A stretch of 64,000 bases of DNA, from positions 2,260 to 66,259 of the forward strand of contig CAYNPY010000008.1 of assembly GCA_964399195.1 (NCBI GenBank). Direction: 5' to 3'. The DNA is from an uncultured Fibrobacteraceae bacterium (GTDB lineage Bacteria; Krumholzibacteriota; Krumholzibacteriia; LZORAL124-64-63). The position numbers and the translations under genes are program-made. The notes beneath the pieces are model-generated. The model ran no database searches and had not been told where the DNA came from. It worked only from the letters and a program-made list of their open reading frames with translations. Of this stretch, positions 26,486 to 35,034 are shown one piece after another. Position 1 is the stretch's first letter; every line of letters starts with the position of its first letter.

Positions 26486-27322
26486 TCAAGGCAGGAAGGC
26501 GTCCGCCCAGTCGGCGGGCAGGCGTCCCGCGGGCGCCACCAGCGCCATCGCCAGGTCGCCGTCGATCCACACCCGCGCCTCGCGCTCCCAGCCTTGGCCG
26601 CTGAACACCCGCCATCCCTTCACCTGCGACGACGGGGCGCCCTCCAGATCGAGGTTCTGCGCCGGCACCGCGAACAGGACGAGGCGCTGGCCGTCGGCGA
26701 TCTCGTACGAGGCGAGCGCCGACAGGCGGCCGACCGTGTGCCAGACCCGGCCGCCCTGCAAGCGATAGCCGGCGCGTGGCGCCGGCAACTCGATGCGGAA
26801 GCTGAGCGACTCGCCGAGCCAATCGGACAGATCCCGCTGGTCCGTGATGAACACCTCGAGCGGACGCCCGATCCTCTCCAGCAGATAGTGGTCGTGGGTG
26901 ACGTCCTCGATGTACATGCCGACGTTGCGAGGCACCTCCGCGGACAGCCGCGTCGGCAGCAGGTCGGCGTAGCGGCCGAGAACCACGCCCAGCGTCAGTG
27001 AAGCCGCCAGCGCGAGCGGCAACGCTATCCGGCGCGGCGCAGACCAGCGGCGGGTTCCGGACCGCTCCTCGCCGGCTCCCGGGCGCGAAACGTCCCGCGG
27101 CGCACCCTCCAGCTCCGCCAGCATCCTGGCGCGCAGGGGCGCCGGCAGCGGAGCCGCCAGCAAAGGCAGTTCGCGCAATCGCGCCGCAAGGTCGGCCGCG
27201 CCACGACGCAAGGCGGCGCAATCCGGGCACTCGTCGGCATGGGCCCGCGTCGGTTCGTCCCACGTGATACCGTGCGGGTCCAGTTCGACCGCGCGGCAAT
27301 GCTGCCGTTCATCCAGGCTCAA
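26486..27322 (-). CDS. Anti-sigma factor (zf-HC2-like N-terminus, single TM, extracytoplasmic domain)
   Basis: TTG start overlaps the sigma-factor stop (TTGA). H..C...CPDC motif, TM segment IALPLALAASLTLGVVLG, and a C-terminal ~150-aa domain. Confidence 0.75.
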   Translation of the reverse strand: MSLDERQHCRAVELDPHGITWDEPTRAHADECPDCAALRRGAADLAARLRELPLLAAPLPAPLRARMLAELEGAPRDVSRPGAGEERSGTRRWSAPRRIALPLALAASLTLGVVLGRYADLLPTRLSAEVPRNVGMYIEDVTHDHYLLERIGRPLEVFITDQRDLSDWLGESLSFRIELPAPRAGYRLQGGRVWHTVGRLSALASYEIADGQRLVLFAVPAQNLDLEGAPSSQVKGWRVFSGQGWEREARVWIDGDLAMALVAPAGRLPADWADAFLP

Positions 27323-28023
27323 TCCGCGCTTCCCCCGGCAGCCGCGTCGCGCCTGCGGCGCGCGGCGCGCAGCCGCTCATACAGATTCCGTCGCGCCCGG
27401 TGCAGGCCCGAGCGAAGCGTCCCGGGCGCGATGTCCAGACCCGCCGCCGCCTCGTCGTAGCTCCAGCCCTCGACGTCAACCAGCAGCACTGAGGCCCGCC
27501 AGCGCGGCGGCAGCGCGCGCAGCGCCGCCTCCACCTCGTCGTCGAAGGCCTCGCGGATGACGGCCGGCTCCCAATCCGGCGCGGCCTCCGACAGTTCCGC
27601 CTCGGCGGCCAGGTCGTCGTCCCAGCCGGATTCGCCTCGACGCGCCCGCGCGCGCCAAAGGTCGCGACAGGTGTTGTGCACGATGCGCGCCAGCCAGCTG
27701 CGCCCATTGCTGCCCGGTCGCAAGCCGCCAAAGCCGCGGACGGCCTTCAGGAACGCCTCCTGCGCAACGTCGTCGGCCAGGTCCGCGTCACCGCACACGG
27801 CGCGGGCCATGCGGTACAGAACGTCCAGATGCGGCTCGATCTCCGCGGCGAAGCGACGGCGCTCGGCGGGCGACAGGCGAAGCGTCAACGCGTCGGGTCC
27901 TCGCGTCAGGTGTCCGGGACTCCCCCCGCCCCGATGATAACGCCTGACCAGCGTCAACCCAACCCCGATCGATGCGGCGCGGCCGGGACCCGGAGGCGTC
28001 CGAGAGGATCGTGCACCTGCCAA
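27319..28023 (-). CDS. ECF (group 4) sigma-70 family RNA polymerase sigma factor
   Basis: Region 2: LYRMARAVCGDADLADDVAQEAFLKAV. Region 4: WSYDEAAAGLDIAPGTLRSGLHRARRNL. The start is uncertain: the track start is a TTG at 28023, and another TTG is at 27957. Confidence 0.85.
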   Translation of the reverse strand: MAGARSSRTPPGPGRAASIGVGLTLVRRYHRGGGSPGHLTRGPDALTLRLSPAERRRFAAEIEPHLDVLYRMARAVCGDADLADDVAQEAFLKAVRGFGGLRPGSNGRSWLARIVHNTCRDLWRARARRGESGWDDDLAAEAELSEAAPDWEPAVIREAFDDEVEAALRALPPRWRASVLLVDVEGWSYDEAAAGLDIAPGTLRSGLHRARRNLYERLRAARRRRDAAAGGSAD

Positions 28024-28066
28024 GGCAGGGGATCCCGGCCGTTGCCGACCCGCTGGGCGGCATCCG

Positions 28067-28681
28067 CTAGCGGTACTCCGCCTTCAGCTCCGACCAGCTC
28101 CGCTGCTCCGTCGAAACGACGTCTTCCTGCGGCTCGACCTTGCCATCCCAGCGTTCCGAGTAGCCCGGCAGCACCTGCGTCGCGGCGCGCGAGACGGCCG
28201 TCAGCAGCGGCCAGCCGGTGCGGTCGGCGGGCGCCAGCAGATCCAGCAGCGACCCGCCCGACCAGTCGACGCTCCCGGCGCCGCTGCCGAGGCTGCTGGT
28301 GACCATCGTGCGCTGGAAGACGCCGAGGGTTCCGGCCAGCACGAGCGTGCCGTCGGCGAAAGTCGTTGGGCTCGCCCAATCGGCGGGCGTGGCCGCGTCC
28401 TCGTAGATCGCGACGGCGCCCCCTGCGAACAGGCTCGTGGCGCCGAGGGAGTCGAGCGTCAGGCCCGTGATCACCAGGGTGTACTGGTGGTTCGCGAAAT
28501 CGAGCGGCAGCGGCGCCGCCACGGCGTCACCGTTGACGATCTTGCCGTACACCGTCGCCGTGCCGCCAACCCCTTCGGGCATGACGACCTGGGCGTCGAA
28601 ATCGAACATCTGCGTGGCGAGCGCGGCCGTCGAGAGTATGGCCTGCCCGAGCAGAATCAGCGTGATCATTGTCTTCATCAT
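28067..28681 (-). CDS. Small secreted protein, C-terminal-tail family (ends ...QRSWSELKAEYR), paralog of 28736..29422
   Basis: ATGATG start after GGAGGAAGGA. Signal peptide MMKTMITLILLGQAILSTAALA. It shares ...TFADGTLVLAGTLGVF... with ...TFNDGDLVFSGVFNGF... in its neighbour. Confidence 0.85.
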   Translation of the reverse strand: MMKTMITLILLGQAILSTAALATQMFDFDAQVVMPEGVGGTATVYGKIVNGDAVAAPLPLDFANHQYTLVITGLTLDSLGATSLFAGGAVAIYEDAATPADWASPTTFADGTLVLAGTLGVFQRTMVTSSLGSGAGSVDWSGGSLLDLLAPADRTGWPLLTAVSRAATQVLPGYSERWDGKVEPQEDVVSTEQRSWSELKAEYR

Positions 28682-28735
28682 CCTGGTCCTTCCTCCACGT
28701 GGAAGTGTGTTCTGCCGGCGGCGCGGTGCGCGGCC

Positions 28736-29422
28736 CTACCGGCCAGGGTTGTACAGCTGCTTGAGCGAACCCCAGTTGACGTTCTCGACGGCGACGGCGG
28801 ACTCCACCTCGAGCACCCCGTCGACCTGCAGGTCGTAGCCGTCGGGGATCTGCGCGCCTGTGGACGCATTGAAGGTGCCGGCGAACGTGTAGGCGCAGTT
28901 CGAGCAGGGTCCGGCCAGGGCGCTGCCGCCGGTGCCGTCCACGTAGCCCTCGAAGACGCCGATGCCCGACGGCAGCAGCGTCAGCGCGAAGCCGTTGAAC
29001 ACGCCGGAAAAGACGAGATCGCCGTCGTTGAACGTGGCGGGCACCGTCGCGTTGACCGGATCCACGCCCCAGTCGTGGTTGCGCAGGTTGCCTGCGTGCA
29101 GGGCCAGCACGCCGCCGGCGTACGTGACCGTCGTGGCGCCGGACACCGGGTCGAAGACCGCACCCAGGCTGGACAGGCCGTCGATGAAGAGCGTTGCTTC
29201 CTGCGCGCCGAGATCCACGTCGAAGAGCGGGTCGATCTGCGTGACGACCGCCGCCAGGGCCAGTTGGTCGCCGGGCTGGCTCGAGGCCAGACCGCCGGTC
29301 TCCCAGCCGAAGCCGACGAAGTCGACCTCGGCGGCACGCGCGGGCGCGACGGCAGCCAACAGGGCCAGGATCAGGGCGCCGAGGCCCGAAGCGACGGCGG
29401 GACGAATCGTTCGAAACGACAT
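28736..29422 (-). CDS. Small secreted protein, C-terminal-tail family (ends ...NVNWGSLKQLYNPGR)
   Basis: Nested ATG 29422 after GAGGGGG. Signal peptide ...LALLAAVAPARA. Confidence 0.85.
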   Translation of the reverse strand: MSFRTIRPAVASGLGALILALLAAVAPARAAEVDFVGFGWETGGLASSQPGDQLALAAVVTQIDPLFDVDLGAQEATLFIDGLSSLGAVFDPVSGATTVTYAGGVLALHAGNLRNHDWGVDPVNATVPATFNDGDLVFSGVFNGFALTLLPSGIGVFEGYVDGTGGSALAGPCSNCAYTFAGTFNASTGAQIPDGYDLQVDGVLEVESAVAVENVNWGSLKQLYNPGR

Positions 29423-29740
29423 GCGGGCTACCCCCTCGTTGATTGCTGCTTCCGGATTGCCCCGGAGAAGCCGGCGCCGCCCGCTCGAACCTGATCTGCG
29501 GACGGCGCGTTCGCATGTCGGGACAACGGAAACGGGCGCCGCGAAAGTTCCCGGTCGGCAAAAAAAGGACGCGTCGTTCCGCGGCCATGACGGCAACCCA
29601 TTGTCGAAAAACAGGATAATGAGTCGATCGGCAGCTGCGGAAACCCGCTGGTCTGCGCGCCGTAGAAGCCCTATTGTGCCCCGGGGGCTTTCCCGGGCTC
29701 CCGCCGACTTCCGGCCCGATCAACCGACAGGAGCAACACG

Positions 29741-30937
29741 ATGCGCAATCCTCCGCTTGCCGGCGCCCTGGCGGCGCTGGCGCTGGGCCTGCTCGCCGGC
29801 GTGGCCGTGGCCGCCGACGGCGGCCCCGCCACCCTCGACGAGGCGCTGGCCCTGGCCCGCCAGCAGGACAAGGTCCTGATCATCGACTTCTACACGGATT
29901 GGTGACCCAGCTGCAAGGTGTTCGCCCGTGAGGCGAGCAGCAGCGACGTCATCAAGTCCGCCCTGGCCGAGGTCGTGTTCCTGAAGGTCGACTGCGAGAA
30001 GGGCGAAGGCCCGGCCGTCGCCAAGAAGTACGACGTCCGCGGCTACCCCACCTACTACGCCGTGAACGCCGACGGTCAGCCCATCGAGCGCTGGATCGGC
30101 TACGACGGCCCCGAGGCGTTCGCGCGCATGGTGGCCGCGGCGCGCCGCGACACGCGCACGCTGGCGCAGAAGCGCGAGGCCTTCGCCGCGGCGCCCACGG
30201 CCGCGCTGGCCGTCTCGCTGGCCAACGACGTGGCCACCGGCTACGACTGGGCCGGCGCGGTGAAGCACTTCCGCCAGGCCCGCGATCTGGATCCCGCCGG
30301 CGCCGACGACTACACGCGGAACATCTTCACCTACATGTTCTACGCCGACGAGGGCGGCTTCAGCTTCGAGGAGATGAAGCAGGAGGGCGACCGCGTGCTG
30401 GCCGCGGCCGGCACCACGGACGTCGACCGCGTGGAGCTGTCGGCGATGATGCTGCAGCTGGCCCGCCGGCACGAGCGGCCCGCCGACGGCGTGCCCTACC
30501 TGGAGGCCGGGCTGGCCGCGGCCGCCGGCCTGCCGGACGACTCGCCGGCCGCGCGCACCGTGCGCGGCCTGAAGGTCGACCACGCGCTGCTGGTGGAGAA
30601 GGACGTCGCCAAGGCGGTCGAGCTGCGCAAGGCCATGCTGCCGGAGAAATGGGAGCAGGAGCCGCGCCGCCTCAACCAGTTCGCCTGGTGGTGCCTGGAG
30701 AACGGCGTGAACCTCGAGGAGGCCGAGGCGCTGGCCATGCGGGCGGCGGAGCTGGCGGAGGAGCCGAGCGACCGCGCCGGCTACCTGGACACCGCGGCCG
30801 AGATCAGCCTCAAGCGCGGCGACGGCGAGCAGGCGATCGCCCGCATCAAGCAGGCGATCGAGCTGGATCCGGAGCGCGAGTACTTCAAGGAGCAGCTGGC
30901 GAAGTTCGAGGCGGCGCTGGCGCAGAAGAAGGGCTGA
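29741..30937 (+). CDS. Secreted thioredoxin-fold + TPR-like protein with an in-frame TGA (29903-29905) at the first Cys of WCxxC; candidate selenoprotein (UxxC)
   Basis: ATG 29741 follows AGGAG. Signal peptide MRNPPLAGALAALALGLLAGVAVAA. The frame reads ...KVLIIDFYTDW-TGA-PSCKVFAREA... and continues into track ORF 29918..30937 (YDVRGYPTYY follows, then TPR-like helices). The alternative reading is a pseudogene or sequencing error. Confidence 0.65.
29910..29944 (+). promoter_or_regulatory. SECIS-like stem-loop starting 5 nt after the in-frame TGA
   Basis: Lower stem GCTGC (29910-14) / GCAGC (29940-44). Upper stem GTTCGCC (29920-26) / GGCGAGC (29932-38), including one G-U pair. Apical loop CGUGA (29927-31) contains GU. 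Confidence 0.5.
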
Positions 30938-32735
30938 GCGGGCCGAACAGCGCGGCCAGTTCCGCGGCGCCCCCGCGCACGGCCTCGCTGATGCGCAGGC
31001 TCTGGCGCAGCGACCAGGCCGTGACCGCCAGACGGTCGTCCTGCGGCGGCCGCGCGTCACCCCGCGCGGCCGCCGCGGCCTTCTCGCCGACCAGCGCGTT
31101 GAGCAGGCGGGTGGCCCGGGTGCGCTCGCCGAGGGCGGCCTCGGCCGCGGACAGGCGGGGCAGCGTGCGCGCCAGACGCGCCGTCCGCCCCGCTTCCAGT
31201 TCCGCCAGGGCGCGCGCGGCCAGGTCCGCCGCCGTCCGCGCCGCGGCGGCGGCCGCCGCCAGTGCCGCCGTCTCGCGCGCGACCTCGCGCCACAGCGCCG
31301 CGGCATCGGGAGCGGCCCGGTCCGCGAGCGCCGCGACGAGGCGTTCGCGCGGCGCGGGTGCGCCGCCCGCCGGCAGCCGCCTCGCGAGCGCCGCCGGCAG
31401 ATCGTCGGGCTCCACTTCCGCCCAGCCGTGAATGCGCGCGCCGCCGCCGGTGGCGTTGATCAGCACGCGGTCGCGCGCCCAGGTGTCGGCAGCCGCCTCG
31501 AACCACAGACGATAGGCGTTGAACGCCGGCCGCGTCGGCACCGGCGCCGCGCCGCCCCAGGCCGGGGCCAGTTCGCCCTGCCACGAACCGCTGGCCGGCC
31601 GGTCCTCGGACGTGAAGACGAAGCGGCCGGTCTGCGCGTCGTACCGGCCCTGCCGCCGCCCCTGCGTGCTGCCGGCGGCGTGCGTGCGCCCGTCGGTCAG
31701 CGCCAGATCCATCCCCGCCAGCACGAGGGGATCGCAGCCCAGGCGGTGCAGCGCCGACAGCGCCAGGCAGGCGACGCTGCCGCCGCTCGGCAGCGGCCGG
31801 CAGCCCCAGGCGCTCGCCAGCCAGTCGCCGGCGGCCGTGCCTTGCACGGCCAGGGCCAGGCTGCGCGCGGGCGGGACCGTGAAGTGCGCCGGATGCCCTT
31901 GGGGGTCGGCCAGCAGCAGCATCCGCTCGAGGTGCGGCACGCCGGCGAAATGGGCCGAGTTGTCGTTCGCCTCGATGACCACGACCAGGTCGGGCACGAT
32001 GCCGGCGCGCGCCAGCGGCGGCAGGGCCGTGCTCACCGCGCAGATGACGGCGCGTCCCTGCAGGCGCCGCAGAGCGTCCAGCCCGCGGTCGAGCGAGGGC
32101 CCGGCGCCCACGACGACGCCGGGGCAGCCGGCGGCGACATCCTCCAGGACATCGAACGGAAGCTGCGTCGCCAGCCGCGGCAGGTTCGCCGCCAGGTGGC
32201 CCGACCAGACGCCCGCGGCGCGCGCCAGGGTGGCCCGGCGGATCCGCGCGGAGCTCAGCAGGCGCTTGACCCCGTCGACGAAGCGAGCGAACGCCTCGGG
32301 CGCCTGTTCCCGCAGTTCGGGAATCGCACCGACGGCCACCTGCCGCGAGGCGAGGTCGGTGATGGCGGAGGCCGCCTCGACCAGCGCGCCCAGGTTCGTG
32401 AACACCCGCACGCGCGGCGGCAGCGTCGACGGCGGCGGCGGCAAGGAGGCCGGGTCGGGCTCCCAGACCAGGACCGCCGCGTCGGTGCGGCGCCGGATCG
32501 CCTCGGCATGGGACCCGTCGCCGTGCCCGAGGAAGAAGACCACTTCGGGCGAGCGGCCGCCCAGGAAGGCGTCGATGCGCCGGGCGACCGCTTCCGGATC
32601 GCGCCGCGGCGCGCCGGCCAGTTCCCGGGCGGCGGCGGCGGCGGTCGCGCCGGACGCGTCCGCGTCGGCAGCCGCTTCCGCAGGTGCCGCGGTCGCGACC
32701 GCCCTTCCGGTCAATCCACTGTCCGGCAACGACAT
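30885..32735 (-). CDS. DUF115 / MptE-like (motility-accessory-factor Maf-like) protein
   Basis: Nested ATG 32735 after GGAGGA. Core motif VVVGAGPSLDRGLDALRRLQGRAVICAVSTALPPLARAGIVPDLVVVIE. Ala-rich helical C-terminus. The 3' end overlaps the convergent 29741..30937. Confidence 0.75.
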   Translation of the reverse strand: MSLPDSGLTGRAVATAAPAEAAADADASGATAAAAARELAGAPRRDPEAVARRIDAFLGGRSPEVVFFLGHGDGSHAEAIRRRTDAAVLVWEPDPASLPPPPSTLPPRVRVFTNLGALVEAASAITDLASRQVAVGAIPELREQAPEAFARFVDGVKRLLSSARIRRATLARAAGVWSGHLAANLPRLATQLPFDVLEDVAAGCPGVVVGAGPSLDRGLDALRRLQGRAVICAVSTALPPLARAGIVPDLVVVIEANDNSAHFAGVPHLERMLLLADPQGHPAHFTVPPARSLALAVQGTAAGDWLASAWGCRPLPSGGSVACLALSALHRLGCDPLVLAGMDLALTDGRTHAAGSTQGRRQGRYDAQTGRFVFTSEDRPASGSWQGELAPAWGGAAPVPTRPAFNAYRLWFEAAADTWARDRVLINATGGGARIHGWAEVEPDDLPAALARRLPAGGAPAPRERLVAALADRAAPDAAALWREVARETAALAAAAAAARTAADLAARALAELEAGRTARLARTLPRLSAAEAALGERTRATRLLNALVGEKAAAAARGDARPPQDDRLAVTAWSLRQSLRISEAVRGGAAELAALFGPLSPSSAPAPPRTSPAAP

Positions 32736-32868
32736 CCGTCCTCCGCGCGCAGGCCGCTGCAACGGGAGGCAACCGCCGGCCGTCCACGCCGGCGGTCTCC
32801 CGCGCAGTCTCGGTTCGCGTTTCGGGCGGAGTCGTTGCAACCGGCGTACCGGCGGGCGGCGCTGGCGG

Positions 32869-34197
32869 CTACTTGATGTAGCCGAGGGACCGCAGCTGGC
32901 GGCGGATCTCCTCCTCGACCTCGCTGTCGGCCTCGGGCGCCTCCCCGCCGACGGCCGGGCGCAGGGCCAGGTACGACTCGACGCGGTTCTTCTCGATGTG
33001 CGCCAGGCGGTCGCGCCCGCGCGCGGTGGTTCCGGCGGCCAGCACCTTGCCCGGCATGTCGCGCGCCGGCGGGAGGTCCAGCAGCGCCAGCACCGTCGGG
33101 CAGATGTCCAGCAGCTGCAGATGGCCGAAGGAGGCGCCGGCCTCGTAGAGCGGGCTGCGCACCATGAAGATGCCCCACTCGCTGTGCTCGACGGTGCCCT
33201 TGCCCTCGGGGCGCGGCCCGTAGAAGCCGTGGTCCGAGGCGATGACGGTCGGGTAGTCCGGCGGGAACCAGGAGAGCACCTCGCCGACGGCCTCGTCCGC
33301 CCAGTCGTAGTAGCGCTCGACGACCTCGCGGAACATGGCGTGCTCGGCGGGGTCGCCGCGCCACGCGGTCTCGTCGATGGCCAGGTAGTGGTAGAAGGCA
33401 TGGCTGATCGTGTCGGGGCCGCGCAGGTAGAAGAGGAACAGGTCGAAGTCGCCGGCGTGCCGCAGCGCGCGGGCCACCGCCAGGTAGCCGAGGTCGGCCG
33501 CCCAGTAGTCGCGCAGCTTCTGCATCTGCTGCGGCCAGGCCTTCTCCGCCGCGGCCGCGTCCGCGCCCGGCGGCAGGAAGCGCGACAGTTGCTGCGCGGT
33601 CAGCGACGCCGGGTCCACGCGGCAAGCGGTCACGGCCGCAGCCAGCGAATCGGGAGCGACGAGCCCGGCCAGCGGCCGCTTGCGCTCGGCCCCGTACGGC
33701 AGGTAGTCGCTGACCATCACGCCGTTGATCGGCCGCGCCGGGTATGTGGTCCACATGCCGCTGACGAAGGTGCTGCGCCCCGCGGCGCCCAAGATGTCCC
33801 ACAGCGCGGGCGCATGCCAGGCGCTGCCGGTCACCGGCTTCTGCGCCGCGCCCCTGACGAAGTCGAGCACGCCGTGCACCGACGGCTCGACGCCGGTGCA
33901 GATGCTCGCCCACAGCAGCGGCGACTTCTCCAGCGGGTAGAACGATTCCATGCGCCCGGAGGCCGCCTGCGCGCGGAACGCCTTCAGGACCGGCAGGCGG
34001 CCGGCGGCCATCATCGGATCCAGCAGACGCCAATCGGCCGAGTCGACGCCGATGAACAGCAGCCGCGACGACGCGCCGCGTCCCGAGGCCGGCGCGCCGC
34101 CCTGGGCGCTCCCGCCCCCCTTGTCCCCCGCGCCGCAGCCGCCCAGCGTGAGCAGGACCGCCAGAAGCGCCGCGGCGTTCGTCATGCGCACCCGCAT
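32869..34197 (-). CDS. Alkaline-phosphatase-superfamily (type I phosphodiesterase/nucleotide pyrophosphatase-like) lipoprotein
   Basis: Lipobox LTLGGC. LLFIGVDSADW, EKSPLLWASICTG...HGVLDF and VIASDHGF. C-terminal tail SEVEEEIRRQLRSLGYIK. Confidence 0.85.
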   Translation of the reverse strand: MRVRMTNAAALLAVLLTLGGCGAGDKGGGSAQGGAPASGRGASSRLLFIGVDSADWRLLDPMMAAGRLPVLKAFRAQAASGRMESFYPLEKSPLLWASICTGVEPSVHGVLDFVRGAAQKPVTGSAWHAPALWDILGAAGRSTFVSGMWTTYPARPINGVMVSDYLPYGAERKRPLAGLVAPDSLAAAVTACRVDPASLTAQQLSRFLPPGADAAAAEKAWPQQMQKLRDYWAADLGYLAVARALRHAGDFDLFLFYLRGPDTISHAFYHYLAIDETAWRGDPAEHAMFREVVERYYDWADEAVGEVLSWFPPDYPTVIASDHGFYGPRPEGKGTVEHSEWGIFMVRSPLYEAGASFGHLQLLDICPTVLALLDLPPARDMPGKVLAAGTTARGRDRLAHIEKNRVESYLALRPAVGGEAPEADSEVEEEIRRQLRSLGYIK

Positions 34198-34198
34198 C

Positions 34199-35020
34199 TC
34201 AGATCTCCACCTTCAGCGGCTTGCGGAGCACGAGCCCGGCCGCCAGCGATATCACCATGAAGGCCGCCAGCCAGTGCAGGTCCAGCCCCAGCCAGCGCAG
34301 CGTCCGCCCCGGATAGCGCAGCCGCGTCTCCAGCACGTCGCCGCCGCCCGCCAGCTGCCTTTCGCCGGGGTACAGCAGCGCGTGCGCCCAGCCCTGGCTG
34401 GCGGTTTCGGCCGTGCGCGGCAGGCCGCCGCCGGCGGCGACGATGCGCGTGGCCACGGGCCGGCCCTCGAGCGTCACCTGCACCTCGTGGCGGCCGGGCG
34501 CGCCCGCGCGCACGCGCCAGGCGGCGGCGCCGGCGGCGGGATCCCGCACGGGCCCGGCCTCGACCTGCACGCCGGGCGGCGCGCTGAGCGCCAACCCGTC
34601 CAGCCGCGCGGCCGCCGTCGGCGCCAGCGTCACGGCCAGCACCGCGCTCTCGCCCACCGCCAGCGGGCGGCGCGTGAAACGCGCCTCCAGCTGGCCCAGC
34701 GTCAGCAGCATCGGCACCAGCAGCGCCAGCAGCGCCGGCAGGCTGGCTCCCAGGTAGCGCAGGTTGGCCAGCGCCAGGTCGCGCTGGATGCGCCCCACCA
34801 CGCGCAGGTGGTCCTGGTAGAGCCCCATCTCCAGGATGTGCCCCAGCAGGCGGTCGCGCGCGGCGGCCAGCTTCGCCTGCGGCGTCACCACGCGGAACAG
34901 CAGCAGCGCCCAGACCGCCGTCAGCACCGACACGAACACCAGGCCCCAGGCCGGAGCCCCCGCGAAAGGCGCCAGCAACAGGTCGAACAGCCGCCCGACG
35001 ATGCCGTTGACGGCGTTCAC
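34199..35020 (-). CDS. Hypothetical membrane protein (3 TM segments flanking an Ig-like loop)
   Basis: GTG start 15 nt after the upstream stop. TM segments WGLVFVSVLTAVWALLLF, LPALLALLVPMLLTL and WLAAFMVISLAAGLVL. The stop lies 1 nt before the next start. Confidence 0.7.
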   Translation of the reverse strand: MNAVNGIVGRLFDLLLAPFAGAPAWGLVFVSVLTAVWALLLFRVVTPQAKLAAARDRLLGHILEMGLYQDHLRVVGRIQRDLALANLRYLGASLPALLALLVPMLLTLGQLEARFTRRPLAVGESAVLAVTLAPTAAARLDGLALSAPPGVQVEAGPVRDPAAGAAAWRVRAGAPGRHEVQVTLEGRPVATRIVAAGGGLPRTAETASQGWAHALLYPGERQLAGGGDVLETRLRYPGRTLRWLGLDLHWLAAFMVISLAAGLVLRKPLKVEI

Positions 35021-35034
35021 TCAGGCCCCGGCCG

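Noticed and set aside
28694-28703. A 10-bp palindrome TCCACGTGGA overlapping the RBS of 28067..28681.
   Set aside because: It is a single occurrence, too short for a stable RNA hairpin, and I saw no second copy. It is likely chance.
29525-29551. ECF-type promoter candidate GGAAC-N18-CGTT (minus strand) upstream of 28736..29422.
   Set aside because: The spacer is longer than the usual 16-17 nt and the -10 is minimal. It is mentioned in the ECF operon finding but is too weak to list as a feature.
29903-29905. Reading the TGA as a genuine stop, giving a 54-aa signal-peptide fragment plus a leaderless GTG-initiated protein at 29918, or as a genetic-code reassignment.
   Set aside because: The stop sits exactly at the catalytic Cys position of an intact WCxxC context, the frame is continuous, and a hairpin follows. 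Neighbouring genes terminate with TGA, so there is no global recoding. A pseudogene or sequencing error cannot be fully excluded and is flagged in the finding.
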